A DNA stretch of 64,000 nucleotides. It comes from Escherichia phage FL12. The translations under genes and the position numbers were made by a program. Below are positions 51,229-60,724 of this stretch, in pieces (the first letter of the stretch is position 1; every line of letters begins with the position of its first letter). The DNA is taken from the sequence record PP400786. One strand, written 5' to 3'. The notes beneath the pieces were generated by a model. The model saw nothing but the letters and a program-made list of their open reading frames with translations, was not told the origin of the DNA and ran no database searches.

Positions 51229-52137
51229 TTAAGATTTAAGTAAATCAACAATTTTAATTAACTTTTCACGCTCAGATTTAGCTTTACTACTCAGTCCAGA
51301 TAGTCTGAAAATTTCATCGTCATATTGTTGAATAGAAATATTCAGCTCTTCAATTTGCTTATTAAAATAATCAATTTGTTCAGAATGTTTTTCGTTACTA
51401 CGAACTGGTACAGGTTTTGTAGGCAATTTAGTTGAACTGGATTCATCCGGGCGATAAATTAAAATACAACTTGAACCAATCGGGCATTTAGCACCAGATG
51501 AATATTCTAACGTTCCAGCTTCTTTTAAAACTTCAAAAGCTAAACAGAGATGATGCCCCATATTAACATAATCTGTAGAGCGAGCTCTGATATAATAATC
51601 ATCGCCGCGAATACTAAATTTAAAGCATTTAAGGTCTTCTGTATTATTGGTCTTAAAAATCATTTGTTTATCTAGACCTTTAGCCAATCGAGCGCCTAAT
51701 GCTAATAATCGTCTTTGATTTTCCCACAAATCTGCGATCATTTGGTCAAATGATAATTTCGGCATTAGTCGACCATAAAGGTCGTATCCTTTATTATAAT
51801 TGCGAAGGATTTCACTCGCATTAATACGAGACAATGCTCCAATTTTATTAAGGGCTTTCATAATGCGATTAGATAAACCCATTCCAGACCCGTTTGTTCG
51901 CTGCAAATGTTTTTCTAATCCAAATCCAATATCAACTTTAAATTTATCTAAAATTTCAGCATGAACATCTCTGTCAATAATATTCAAATCCAAAGTTGGG
52001 TTAAATCTATGAAAAAATTTATCTGGCTCTCCACGACGAAGTACAGTCCATTCATTTAATTTTTTATTAACTAAAGATTTAATTACTGCATTGACATTAT
52101 TAATTACTACTGACATATTTTCCTCACTCAATTTCAA
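51229..52137 (-). CDS. hypothetical protein with C-terminal coiled coil, tandem paralog 2
   Basis: 302 aa; shares (R)RQL...RL(K/A)G(S/L)D segment with neighbour. Confidence 0.55.
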   Translation of the reverse strand: MKLSEENMSVVINNVNAVIKSLVNKKLNEWTVLRRGEPDKFFHRFNPTLDLNIIDRDVHAEILDKFKVDIGFGLEKHLQRTNGSGMGLSNRIMKALNKIGALSRINASEILRNYNKGYDLYGRLMPKLSFDQMIADLWENQRRLLALGARLAKGLDKQMIFKTNNTEDLKCFKFSIRGDDYYIRARSTDYVNMGHHLCLAFEVLKEAGTLEYSSGAKCPIGSSCILIYRPDESSSTKLPTKPVPVRSNEKHSEQIDYFNKQIEELNISIQQYDDEIFRLSGLSSKAKSEREKLIKIVDLLKS

Positions 52138-52531
52138 TTTTACTAAATATACAGAATAAGATGGAACAGACTATATAAGCACCGCATACAGATTGAACTA
52201 ATACCATTCCAAAGAACCAAACAATATTATCAAACAATGTCTGTTTTACGTCGAAAGGACGTAAACTTACAGTAATATTATCACCTTTTTCTATTGAAGA
52301 ATACATCTCTGGGGAAATATATTCGCTAAATCTATAACCGTCTTTGAGTTCATATACGGCAATAAACGATAAACTAGACCCTTTTCCTTGTGTTCCTGTA
52401 ATGGTATTAACTACAGTAACATCATAATCTTTATAATGCATATAATCATTAATTGCGTAATAACCATATGCAACTACTACACATAAACAACATATCAATA
52501 AATTCAATCTTTTAATTATCAACTGTTTCAT
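52124..52531 (-). CDS. membrane protein
   Basis: 135 aa with N- and C-terminal TM helices. Confidence 0.5.
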   Translation of the reverse strand: MKQLIIKRLNLLICCLCVVVAYGYYAINDYMHYKDYDVTVVNTITGTQGKGSSLSFIAVYELKDGYRFSEYISPEMYSSIEKGDNITVSLRPFDVKQTLFDNIVWFFGMVLVQSVCGAYIVCSILFCIFSKIEIE

Positions 52532-52586
52532 AATAATCTCAATTAAAAGGGCTTAGAACCATTATACCATCCTTGGTATAAAGCGG

Positions 52587-53114
52587 TTATGCGAGTACCG
52601 TCTTTAACCGTTCTTCAAACTTCCGAAGAGTATTTTGGCGTTCAGCTCTTTGCTTTTTGTAAGTTTCAATACGCTCTGAAATGAGAGTGTATCGTTCATT
52701 TACTGATTCTTTCATAAAATCAGGAATTTCACGAGAAGCTTTAATCTCATCAAATTTATCAATAACAGCTTGCTCTTCAGCAATTAAGTTATCATACATC
52801 AAAATATCTTTCTTGATGAACTCAATATCTTCTTGAGTTACACGAGATAATTTAGATGCTTTATCCTTTTTGTACTGTTCGTTAGTATCACGAGACCAGT
52901 ATAATGTACGATTTTTATTCGTATTTTTGTAAATTTCTACAATACCAATTTCATCAATAATAACGATCCAATTCCAACGAGATTTGTAAATTTGTCCTCC
53001 ATCAACAGTGATTTCACCTCCGATTGAGATGTCATTAAAGAACTTGCTTTGTGCTTCAGATTTAAATTTACCATCGTTATAATTTACCAGGTTGAAAATA
53101 TCTTTAGCATTCAT
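52587..53114 (-). CDS. hypothetical protein (start trimmed to MNAKDIF... after promoter/leader)
   Basis: About 175 aa; ORF-track N-terminal extension covers promoter. Confidence 0.5.
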   Translation of the reverse strand: MNAKDIFNLVNYNDGKFKSEAQSKFFNDISIGGEITVDGGQIYKSRWNWIVIIDEIGIVEIYKNTNKNRTLYWSRDTNEQYKKDKASKLSRVTQEDIEFIKKDILMYDNLIAEEQAVIDKFDEIKASREIPDFMKESVNERYTLISERIETYKKQRAERQNTLRKFEERLKTVLA

Positions 53115-53139
53115 TTTTGTTCCTCCGTAGTTGATAGTT

Positions 53140-53172
53140 GTATAGTACCACAGAGGAACAGTCTTGTAAACC
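53140..53172 (-). promoter_or_regulatory. T4-type early promoter plus conserved leader
   Basis: Same promoter/leader family as 880-916. Confidence 0.5.
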
Positions 53173-53173
53173 A

Positions 53174-53488
53174 CTAAAAGAAACTTCTTTCACAATTTTT
53201 TCCACTGAACCACGCGCTCACTGCTTTCTTAGTCTCAGGAGCAGTGTTATCCATAAACCATTCAAAAGCAGCCTTTTTATGATTCTGGAGGGCTTCTCGG
53301 GCTTTAATCTGCTCACGGTCTATTAACACTAACATATGAGCCTTTCTTGTCACCAAGGGCTTCTTATGATTTTTTGAATACTCCCAATCATTTGTCCATC
53401 GCATCGTTGTTGCGAACTGAAATACAGCTTCTTTAATTTTAGTTTCGTAAATTTCACGAGCCTTTGAGTATAACATCACTACCTCCAT
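53174..53488 (-). CDS. hypothetical protein
   Basis: 104 aa. Confidence 0.5.
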   Translation of the reverse strand: MEVVMLYSKAREIYETKIKEAVFQFATTMRWTNDWEYSKNHKKPLVTRKAHMLVLIDREQIKAREALQNHKKAAFEWFMDNTAPETKKAVSAWFSGKNCERSFF

Positions 53489-53558
53489 TTACCAGTTTAA
53501 TTCTAGTCATCTTTTTGATGGCAGTCCATATAATCTATTTCTGAACTGCCTTTTTGTC

Positions 53559-54279
53559 TTAGGATTCTTCTAAATGTCTTTTCTGAAAAGTTGATACCAT
53601 ACTACGATACGGTTCATTTGGATATCCGTGTTTTATAGCTTCCTTTGTAAATTTTCTCCATCCACATTTAGTTTCTTTCCAGAGCTCGAATAATTCATCT
53701 TCATACTGCCATATAGTTAAATGAGAACGCTTTGCAGCTTTAATTCCATTAATATGCTTTTCTTTTACTGCAGGATTGCTTAGTTTCTTTTTAATAATAT
53801 TACTAACTTTTCTAACAAAAACCGGGTCCTTATATCGTTGCGAAGTTTTTATTGAAGTGTTTTAATTTAGCTTCCGGCGTGGATGTGACCTCTTTCATCT
53901 TTTTCTTCATATGCTGTATATGATTAGGATTTTTCCATAAATTTATAGAATGCTTTTTGCATTTTATCCTAGTTTCATCTGCAACCTTTCCTCCTTCACC
54001 CCCGTATGACAGGTTAACACAGTTTTTCCCATATTTCAATTTACCTGCCATGATATATAATATTTCAGCTTGTACCATTTTATCATAATTATCAAAAACT
54101 TCTAAAACCGTTTTTGATAATATGTGGTCATTTGACACTTTTACACGTTCTATATAATTTCCACTACCAACATACGAATCATTGATATTATTAGTTATAT
54201 GTCGACCATAATAGTATTTCTTAATACCTGTCTTTAAATTTAATATTTCAGTTTTATAGATAGTAAAATATTTTTCATT
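53559..54279 (-). pseudogene. decayed Seg-like GIY-YIG homing endonuclease gene, split across frames
   Basis: GIY-YIG N-terminus EKYFTIYKTEILNLKTGIKKYYYGRH...YVGSG lacks an in-frame start (ATG is 1 nt out of frame in an A5 run); middle ...KYGKNCVNLSYGGEGG and C-terminal ...IWQYEDELFELWKETK... segments homologous to the intact SegA-like protein but in a different frame. Confidence 0.5.
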
Positions 54280-55255
54280 TTAATAATACCGTTTCAGCGA
54301 TTTCTTCCCAATGGTTTTTGTCGGTCATAATAAAGTCAGCAAGATAAAGAGCAGTACGCAGTGAAACATTGCGTAAACGATTAACATTGACTTTCATCCA
54401 TGATAATGCTTTATAAGTTTCTTCATCAGAAAGACCGCGTTTTTGCATCATGTCAGTTGAAAGAATAACATCTTCAACCCTGACCATAATTTCTTCATTA
54501 GTGTGAACACCCAAATCTAAATAAACTGAGCGGGAAACTAATGCTTGTAAATGTGGAGCAAGTTTAGTACCACGGTCTAATTCGCGGTCAATATCAACGT
54601 TTGTGATAAAAACAATCGTTCCTTTAAATTCAAACTCGCGCTCAATGCCTTTTTCTTCTAAGTAAGAAGATGCAGTGCTCCAGCAGACTTTACGGGTCTC
54701 TCCAGTGTCCAGAGCAGCTTTCAGAAGATTAAGAATGTCCATATCAGAGAAAACATCCACATCATCAATCAAAAGGACAGAATTCTCTTCACGATTATTC
54801 CAAAGCTGCTCATAAAGACCAATACCAGAGATTTTACCGTTAATGCTTTTATATTCAATGTATCCAATATCATTTGCTTTATTCAAAGCTTTATCTAAAG
54901 AATACGTTTTACCAATACCCGCCGCACCAGAGATAATTAATGAACGAATGTTTCCGTTAATAATACCATTCGTCATCATTCCCATAACATTAAATCTTTT
55001 ATTAATGCGGGTTTTCATATCTTCATATGATTCTTTAACTTCTTCAACTTTTACACCATCATATGAAATGTCTGATTTGTAAACCCAAACACCGCGACGC
55101 TTACCGTCAATTTCAACAAAAACTTTACCATCTCCTTGTGCATCTACCGGAGCATTATCTGGGAACCATTCGCCTAAGAGCTCAAAAGTTCCAGAGATTT
55201 CTTTACCGAAGTAGATACCCTTATTGATAGTTACAGTTTTCATTTTATTCTCCAA
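54275..55255 (-). CDS. AAA+/P-loop ATPase of unknown function
   Basis: 326 aa; Walker A GAAGIGKT, Walker B LLIDDVD; own early promoter. Confidence 0.7.
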   Translation of the reverse strand: MENKMKTVTINKGIYFGKEISGTFELLGEWFPDNAPVDAQGDGKVFVEIDGKRRGVWVYKSDISYDGVKVEEVKESYEDMKTRINKRFNVMGMMTNGIINGNIRSLIISGAAGIGKTYSLDKALNKANDIGYIEYKSINGKISGIGLYEQLWNNREENSVLLIDDVDVFSDMDILNLLKAALDTGETRKVCWSTASSYLEEKGIEREFEFKGTIVFITNVDIDRELDRGTKLAPHLQALVSRSVYLDLGVHTNEEIMVRVEDVILSTDMMQKRGLSDEETYKALSWMKVNVNRLRNVSLRTALYLADFIMTDKNHWEEIAETVLLK

Positions 55256-55275
55256 ATCCGTATCAGTTGATAGTT

Positions 55276-55308
55276 GTATAGTACCATAAAGCTTTATGCT
55301 TGTAAACA
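55276..55308 (-). promoter_or_regulatory. T4-type early promoter plus conserved leader upstream of AAA+ ATPase gene
   Basis: Minus strand GTTTAC...TATGGTACTATACAACTATCAACTGATACGGATTTGGAGAATAAAATG. Confidence 0.5.
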
Positions 55309-55337
55309 GTTTTGTGAAAAATTTTTGAAATAAAAAA

Positions 55338-55355
55338 GGGAGCCCGAAGGCTCCC
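55338..55355 (-). terminator. UUCG-tetraloop hairpin plus U-tract after nucleotidyltransferase gene
   Basis: Minus strand GGGAGCC-UUCG-GGCUCCC followed by UUUUUUAUUUC. Confidence 0.6.
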
Positions 55356-55357
55356 TA

Positions 55358-56368
55358 TCATTTATAATAACTTCGGTGGTTTTCAAGATAGACCTTCTCA
55401 AGGAAGTCATCCCAAAAACCCATGTCTACTTTTTGCTGCATACCGTTCTTAGAAGCTTCAATAGATGCTGCTTCTACTTGATCGACCACATCTTCCAAAA
55501 ACTCTTGAACCGTTTTAAATGGATGTTTACCCAACTTCACGTCGAGAATAAATGGAGCATCTTTGAGTGGATAAACCAAGTCACCAGTTTTGTAAATTTC
55601 CAATAGTTGAAGTCCACCACGACAAGCATGACTCAAAGCTTTCCAGTCAATACCTTCGTTGGCTTCGGCCTTACGAGCACGTTCACCATATTCAGCATCT
55701 AGTTTGTTCAGTGACTGCTTAAGCTCAATAAGAGAAAGCGTTGTCTGATATTTACGACCCAACACAGTGTAGAACGTTTGTGGGCCTGTTTTCTCATGAT
55801 TATGGAACACCCATTCACAAAATTCGTTTTCTGGAAGACGATGCTTAATATCTTCAACTTTAGTGCGACGTTGCTTAATAGAACCATCTTCTTGGTAATC
55901 AACCCATTGCTCAGGGATTTGATTAACTACTTTCAATACATCACGTAATGCAGCCAAACGAGAACCCTTGACACCGTATTTAGAAGCTTGCTTGCGGACA
56001 TATCCTAAATATGATTTCATGTTAGTCGTATAAAAACGAGAACGGTTGTCTTGAATAAACTTCCACACATCAGGCAAATCAGATTTAACCACTAGCTCAG
56101 GTGGAGTGTGAAGCATATCTAATGCTACAGTTTCACCATCTGCTGCTAATTTAAAGAAATATTTAAGACTGTATAGTTCATGGTCAATATCATCTTTAGT
56201 GTTTTTAGATGATGTGTTGTTAGTGTTTTTACTCATGTGCTCTTTGACATTTCCGATAAGAATATCGCGAGCAGGAGGAACAAAAATTTCTTTAAAATCT
56301 ACATCAGATTCTGGGGTAGAAGTTCCATAAAGATGACTACCAAAATAAGACTTAACTACAGTTTTCAT
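55358..56368 (-). CDS. predicted nucleotidyltransferase (pol-beta-like fold)
   Basis: About 336 aa; NTase signature GSHLYGTSTPESDVDF; start overlaps 3' end of HNH gene. Confidence 0.6.
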   Translation of the reverse strand: MKTVVKSYFGSHLYGTSTPESDVDFKEIFVPPARDILIGNVKEHMSKNTNNTSSKNTKDDIDHELYSLKYFFKLAADGETVALDMLHTPPELVVKSDLPDVWKFIQDNRSRFYTTNMKSYLGYVRKQASKYGVKGSRLAALRDVLKVVNQIPEQWVDYQEDGSIKQRRTKVEDIKHRLPENEFCEWVFHNHEKTGPQTFYTVLGRKYQTTLSLIELKQSLNKLDAEYGERARKAEANEGIDWKALSHACRGGLQLLEIYKTGDLVYPLKDAPFILDVKLGKHPFKTVQEFLEDVVDQVEAASIEASKNGMQQKVDMGFWDDFLEKVYLENHRSYYK

Positions 56369-57131
56369 TATTAGACCTTTCATAATCTTCATTAAATTGT
56401 ACAATCAATCGATGATAATTAGATTTTGGATATCCTAATTTACTTATATAAGTTCCGAATGACCCACGTTTAGGTCTATTTAATTTAATCCATAACTTAT
56501 AAAGTAAGTCATAGTCTTGCCAATGTTTACCAGTTCTTTGTCTAATTTTAGATGAATTTGATTGTTTCTTTTTAGTTTCAAAATTATTCAAAGATTTTTT
56601 GACTGCAGCAGAGTGTTTTTCTTTAACTCCCGGTCGTTTAAAAGCAGCTTTCACCCCTTTAGATATTTTTTCTTTAACTTCCGGTTTGTTTTGTGCTTCT
56701 AACTGGGATTCTGAAATTTTAGCCCTTATTTCAGGAAGACTTAATGTTATCGAACGTTTTTCTCTGTATTCATTAGACTTCCACATTTCTTTCATTGTAT
56801 TAGAATGTATTTTTGAAAATTTTTCTCTAACTAACTGATATCCTCTTGAAGTTAATTTGAGATTTCTTCCTAAAGAATCTTCTCCAAAATTATAAAATGA
56901 CCACCATGCATAAATTAATCCAGGCGAATTATAATGAATTTTAGCTAAAAGCCAATGGGCTATAAAATGCTCTCTAGCTGTTAATAAAACTAGATTATCA
57001 GAATCATCATTACCACCAATACAAGATGGAATAATATGATGCTTTTCCGTATAAAAATTTAATTTAGATTTATCTAATTTTCTGAGTTTTCCTTTCTTAA
57101 TTAAATTATTATATACTTTAGTATAATTCAT
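56352..57131 (-). CDS. HNH homing endonuclease (Mob-type, mobD position)
   Basis: 259 aa; HNH motif EKHHIIPSCIGGNDDSDNLVLLTAREH; paralog of 5793-6605. Confidence 0.75.
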   Translation of the reverse strand: MNYTKVYNNLIKKGKLRKLDKSKLNFYTEKHHIIPSCIGGNDDSDNLVLLTAREHFIAHWLLAKIHYNSPGLIYAWWSFYNFGEDSLGRNLKLTSRGYQLVREKFSKIHSNTMKEMWKSNEYREKRSITLSLPEIRAKISESQLEAQNKPEVKEKISKGVKAAFKRPGVKEKHSAAVKKSLNNFETKKKQSNSSKIRQRTGKHWQDYDLLYKLWIKLNRPKRGSFGTYISKLGYPKSNYHRLIVQFNEDYERSNNENCS

Positions 57132-57205
57132 TGGTTCTTCGTCTCATTTAATTTTGCTTTGCATTTATAACACATGTCTGTTCCACCTGAAATAAACATA
57201 TTTCC

Positions 57206-57763
57206 TCACTTTGAAATCATAGTTGGAATGACAGAATCAAGATAAGTCTTTAGCGCAATAGCTTCGTCTTTGGTAAATGTGACAATATGTGATCGAAAAT
57301 CGTCAATTTGGCGAATAGATACTACATCTCCCTCTTCATAACATTTTGATACATTTAAAAGAGTTTCATCATTCTGATTGCAAGCGTTAGTAATAATAGC
57401 ATTGCAATTTTTGAGCCATTTTAAACTATGTTTTCTTTCATTAGAATAATAAAAATATTTAATCTTAGCTATAAAACTATCCCAATGGATAACTGATAAA
57501 CGCATTGACTCACTTTTAATATTAAATCCTGGGCATGAAGAATAAAAATGAATTTTGTGCTCATCATTGATGCTTACAATTTTATCAGTATAAGGATATT
57601 CAATTTGGGTTAAATGAATAATTTCACTAGATGTAAAATACAGCATATCGTCTTTTTGCGTCAAACGATACATGTTATTTACTTTTTCTATAGCCAATTC
57701 ACCAAAAAGCGGACTAACTTCTAATACTAATCGTTTCATATTGATTCTCTTCGACTCGCTCAC
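57206..57763 (-). CDS. hypothetical protein
   Basis: 185 aa. Confidence 0.5.
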   Translation of the reverse strand: MSESKRINMKRLVLEVSPLFGELAIEKVNNMYRLTQKDDMLYFTSSEIIHLTQIEYPYTDKIVSINDEHKIHFYSSCPGFNIKSESMRLSVIHWDSFIAKIKYFYYSNERKHSLKWLKNCNAIITNACNQNDETLLNVSKCYEEGDVVSIRQIDDFRSHIVTFTKDEAIALKTYLDSVIPTMISK

Positions 57764-57887
57764 AATTACATACTCCTTTGAATAATATCAATAATGTTGT
57801 TCACCAAATTATAAGTAAACATTGGGTAATTTTATATTGAATCATCACATACACAACAAACAAAATTTTCATTCTCTTCTCCCCAGC

Positions 57888-57923
57888 AGTTGACAAGATT
57901 ACTATACCATAATCTTGTCAACT
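57888..57923. repeat. perfect 14-bp inverted repeat overlapping an early-promoter spacer
   Basis: AGTTGACAAGATTA ctatacca TAATCTTGTCAACT immediately before TGTAAAC. Confidence 0.6.
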
Positions 57924-58095
57924 TGTAAACCATTAAATGACGTTTTCAATAAAATTTTGAAGCTTTGTGTGAGCATCAACCATGATTTTCATTTCTTCTT
58001 TGGCGAAAGCTGTACCTCTTTCCCGAGCAGAATACTCATAGTCAGAAACTGCATTAGCATATTCTTCAATTAGCTTCATTAAAAACATCTGCTTT

Positions 58096-58290
58096 TCAGT
58101 TTTCATTATTCCACCTAATCATTTCAAGATATTGAACTAACTTAGCTTTAGATTTATCCAAATCCTTTTTAGCTGCTTCTATACCGTCGTATGAATATCC
58201 TTCACAATGCTCAACTGCTAATTGATATGAATCCATTTCAATATCACGTGCTAATTTAATGATTTTTTCAAACTGTTCGCATGTTAGCAT
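58096..58290 (-). CDS. hypothetical small protein
   Basis: 64 aa. Confidence 0.4.
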   Translation of the reverse strand: MLTCEQFEKIIKLARDIEMDSYQLAVEHCEGYSYDGIEAAKKDLDKSKAKLVQYLEMIRWNNEN

Positions 58291-58292
58291 AC

Positions 58293-58532
58293 TTACACTC
58301 TCGTGTTATGATCGATAATTTCATCAAGAAACATATCTAACGCTTCTAAAGCATTATCAACTTTAGCTTCAAGTTCATCAATGCCTTTATTTGCAATGCC
58401 TGACGAAAACCAAGCAAAGTCACTAAGTTCCTCGTCTGCTTTACGAATTAAAGCTACCAATTCTTTAATCTTATCCGCTTGTTCGATACTAATCATTATT
58501 CCACCACATATGAAAGAGAGAATATTGCACAC
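58293..58532 (-). CDS. hypothetical small protein
   Basis: 79 aa. Confidence 0.4.
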
Positions 58533-58684
58533 GCCATGTGAGTTGCAACTTCATCACACATATTATAACGTTTCTTAAGAAGTTCTACAAGTTCTTCACT
58601 AGTAACTTCATCCATGTCGACGAAAAAATCACCATTAATGATGACGTAGATATTTCCTTCTTGATTGAGTGCTTCAATTTTCAT
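58496..58684 (-). CDS. hypothetical small protein (start trimmed to MKIEALNQ... after GAGGAG RBS)
   Basis: ORF-track start 58729 lies in promoter/leader. Confidence 0.4.
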
Positions 58685-58757
58685 GATGTTCTCCTCTTTA
58701 TCCGATAGTTGTATAGTACCACAGCTCAAACGGAAAGTAAACCGGTAAAATGAAAAA

Positions 58758-58775
58758 AGTCTCCCGAAGGAGACT
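58758..58775 (-). terminator. UUCG-tetraloop hairpin plus U-tract
   Basis: Minus strand AGUCUCC-UUCG-GGAGACU followed by UUUUUUCAUUUU. Confidence 0.6.
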
Positions 58776-58779
58776 AATG

Positions 58780-59166
58780 TTATTCGAGGGAAAGAAGATA
58801 CTTACTCTGATAAAACATTCCAGTAATATCATCTATCGTGCTTTGGATGGCTGGAGGCATTTCTTTATAAATGCTGTTAGATTGGTCTAGTATGCGATCA
58901 ATCATTTTAATTGTGTCGGTAGGAAGTTTACTAGCATCTGGAATTGAAGGTGTGTATTTTCTACCAGAATACCCCAAATATTGCTCACCAAATTTATCAA
59001 TCAAATCTGGCAACTCGGAGAAAATAAAATCGTATGCTTTGTGTCTAGCATAACTTTTAGTTTCAAAATGTGCAGAATGAAAATAAGCTTGTGCAGCCAT
59101 TAATAAACCTAAGTATTCATCTGCCTTTGAAGGTTTTCCACTTTGTGAAAAGTCGCTGAATTTCAT
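58780..59166 (-). CDS. hypothetical protein
   Basis: 128 aa; followed by UUCG hairpin. Confidence 0.5.
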
Positions 59167-59456
59167 TCAGTCTCCAATTTAATGTTCATAATTCTAGCGT
59201 ATGATTGTGCCATCTCCGCGCCTCGTTCTATACATTCAAAATCAGAAGAGCACGGGTCATTTTTATAGGTCGTTCTCATAAAACTATAGAATTGTTCAGA
59301 CGATTCTACGCTTTTATTTTCAAAAAGTGTATAAACGTGCCTAATACCAGATTCCATAAATTTATCAAAATGAGGATCGACATTCGCTTCAATCGGTGGA
59401 GATAAAGCAAACGCTAATCCTAGCATGGCAAATAGTGCCGTTGCTTTTAAGGCCAT
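59163..59456 (-). CDS. rI: lysis inhibition regulator RI (antiholin)
   Basis: 97 aa as T4 RI; signal-anchor N-terminus MALKATALFAMLGLAFALSPPIEA. Confidence 0.75.
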   Translation of the reverse strand: MALKATALFAMLGLAFALSPPIEANVDPHFDKFMESGIRHVYTLFENKSVESSEQFYSFMRTTYKNDPCSSDFECIERGAEMAQSYARIMNIKLETE

Positions 59457-59468
59457 AAAGGCCTCCTA

Positions 59469-59681
59469 TCATTTTTGTCCTGTATTTACTTTATGCCGAT
59501 GCACGGCCTTAACTTTATCAAGGTATTTTTCAAAATTTCGCAATCTAGTATAGTCTGCCGGAGATTGGTTGAGTGATACTTCTCGACGCAAAGCTGAAAT
59601 GATATTTCCAACTTCCCTACGAATTTCATCTAATTGAAGAACAGTAAGATTGCGAAGTTGCTTTTCAGTTAATTGTAGCAT
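59469..59681 (-). CDS. hypothetical small protein
   Basis: 70 aa. Confidence 0.45.
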
Positions 59682-59723
59682 ATATACCCCTTTAGTTAGA
59701 TAAACCTATTTATAACTTTTGCA

Positions 59724-60305
59724 CTAACCGAGCTTTTTGGTTAATTCATTCCAATGTTTTCTACACAAAGAAACATAAATTTCATCACCAATACAGATTT
59801 GATTACCTTCTTTAACTGGTGTTCCATCTTCCATTAATCGAGCTGTCATAATCGCTTTTTTACCGCAATGACAAACTGCTTTTAGTTCAATAAGTTTATC
59901 TGCAATCGCTAAAAGTTCTTTAGAACCTTCAAATAATTTTCCAGCGAAATCAGTCCTTAATCCATAAGCCATAACAGGAACATTATATGTATCAACAATT
60001 CGGCTCAATTGATGCACCTGTTCAGTTTTTAAAAACTGAGCTTCATCTACAAATACGCAATGAATATCTTTTTGTGCTTCAGCCCATTTATAGAACTCGA
60101 AAATATCCATATCATCTGTAATAATATTCGCTTCCTGCTTAATTCCAATGCGAGAAACGACTTCACAGACAGAATCGCGAGTATCAATAGCAGGCTTAAG
60201 AACTAATACACTCATTCCACGTTCTTTATAATTATGCGCAGCAGTCAAAAGAGAAGCAGATTTTCCAGCATTCATTGCTGCATAAGTAAAAATTAAACTC
60301 GCCAT
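59724..60305 (-). CDS. tk: thymidine kinase
   Basis: 193 aa as T4 Tk; P-loop AAMNAGKS; C-terminal zinc-binding cysteines. Confidence 0.85.
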   Translation of the reverse strand: MASLIFTYAAMNAGKSASLLTAAHNYKERGMSVLVLKPAIDTRDSVCEVVSRIGIKQEANIITDDMDIFEFYKWAEAQKDIHCVFVDEAQFLKTEQVHQLSRIVDTYNVPVMAYGLRTDFAGKLFEGSKELLAIADKLIELKAVCHCGKKAIMTARLMEDGTPVKEGNQICIGDEIYVSLCRKHWNELTKKLG

Positions 60306-60314
60306 ATCACCTTC

Positions 60315-60506
60315 TTAAAGCGTATTCACATAAGCTATTAATTCATTTTCTTTCTTATCAAACCGATCAGCAAATTCTTCCTGCTGTTCAGGAGATAGCG
60401 GGCCGTATTCATCATAAAAGGTGTTTGCTTCTGTATGCTCATCTAGAAGTTCATTGATAAGCTCAAACAATTTATCTTTTTGTTCTTTACTCAGACTCAT
60501 AACCAT
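60315..60506 (-). CDS. hypothetical small acidic protein
   Basis: 63 aa. Confidence 0.4.
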   Translation of the reverse strand: MVMSLSKEQKDKLFELINELLDEHTEANTFYDEYGPLSPEQQEEFADRFDKKENELIAYVNTL

Positions 60507-60724
60507 GTCACCTTTAAGCAGTATTCTTCTACATGCTGTTTACGACCTTTCTTATCAATAAAGGTATATTCAACGAATGTTCCAATGTAGTCTTTATCTA
60601 CATCATGTGGACTATTAATTGGACATTTAGTACGGCAAATGCGTTCCCATTGACGAATAATTACTGCCTTATTCTTTGGGTCATACGGATGTGGATAATG
60701 TATATTCATAATAACGGTTCCCAA
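60497..60724 (-). CDS. hypothetical small protein
   Basis: 75 aa. Confidence 0.4.
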   Translation of the reverse strand: MGTVIMNIHYPHPYDPKNKAVIIRQWERICRTKCPINSPHDVDKDYIGTFVEYTFIDKKGRKQHVEEYCLKVTWL

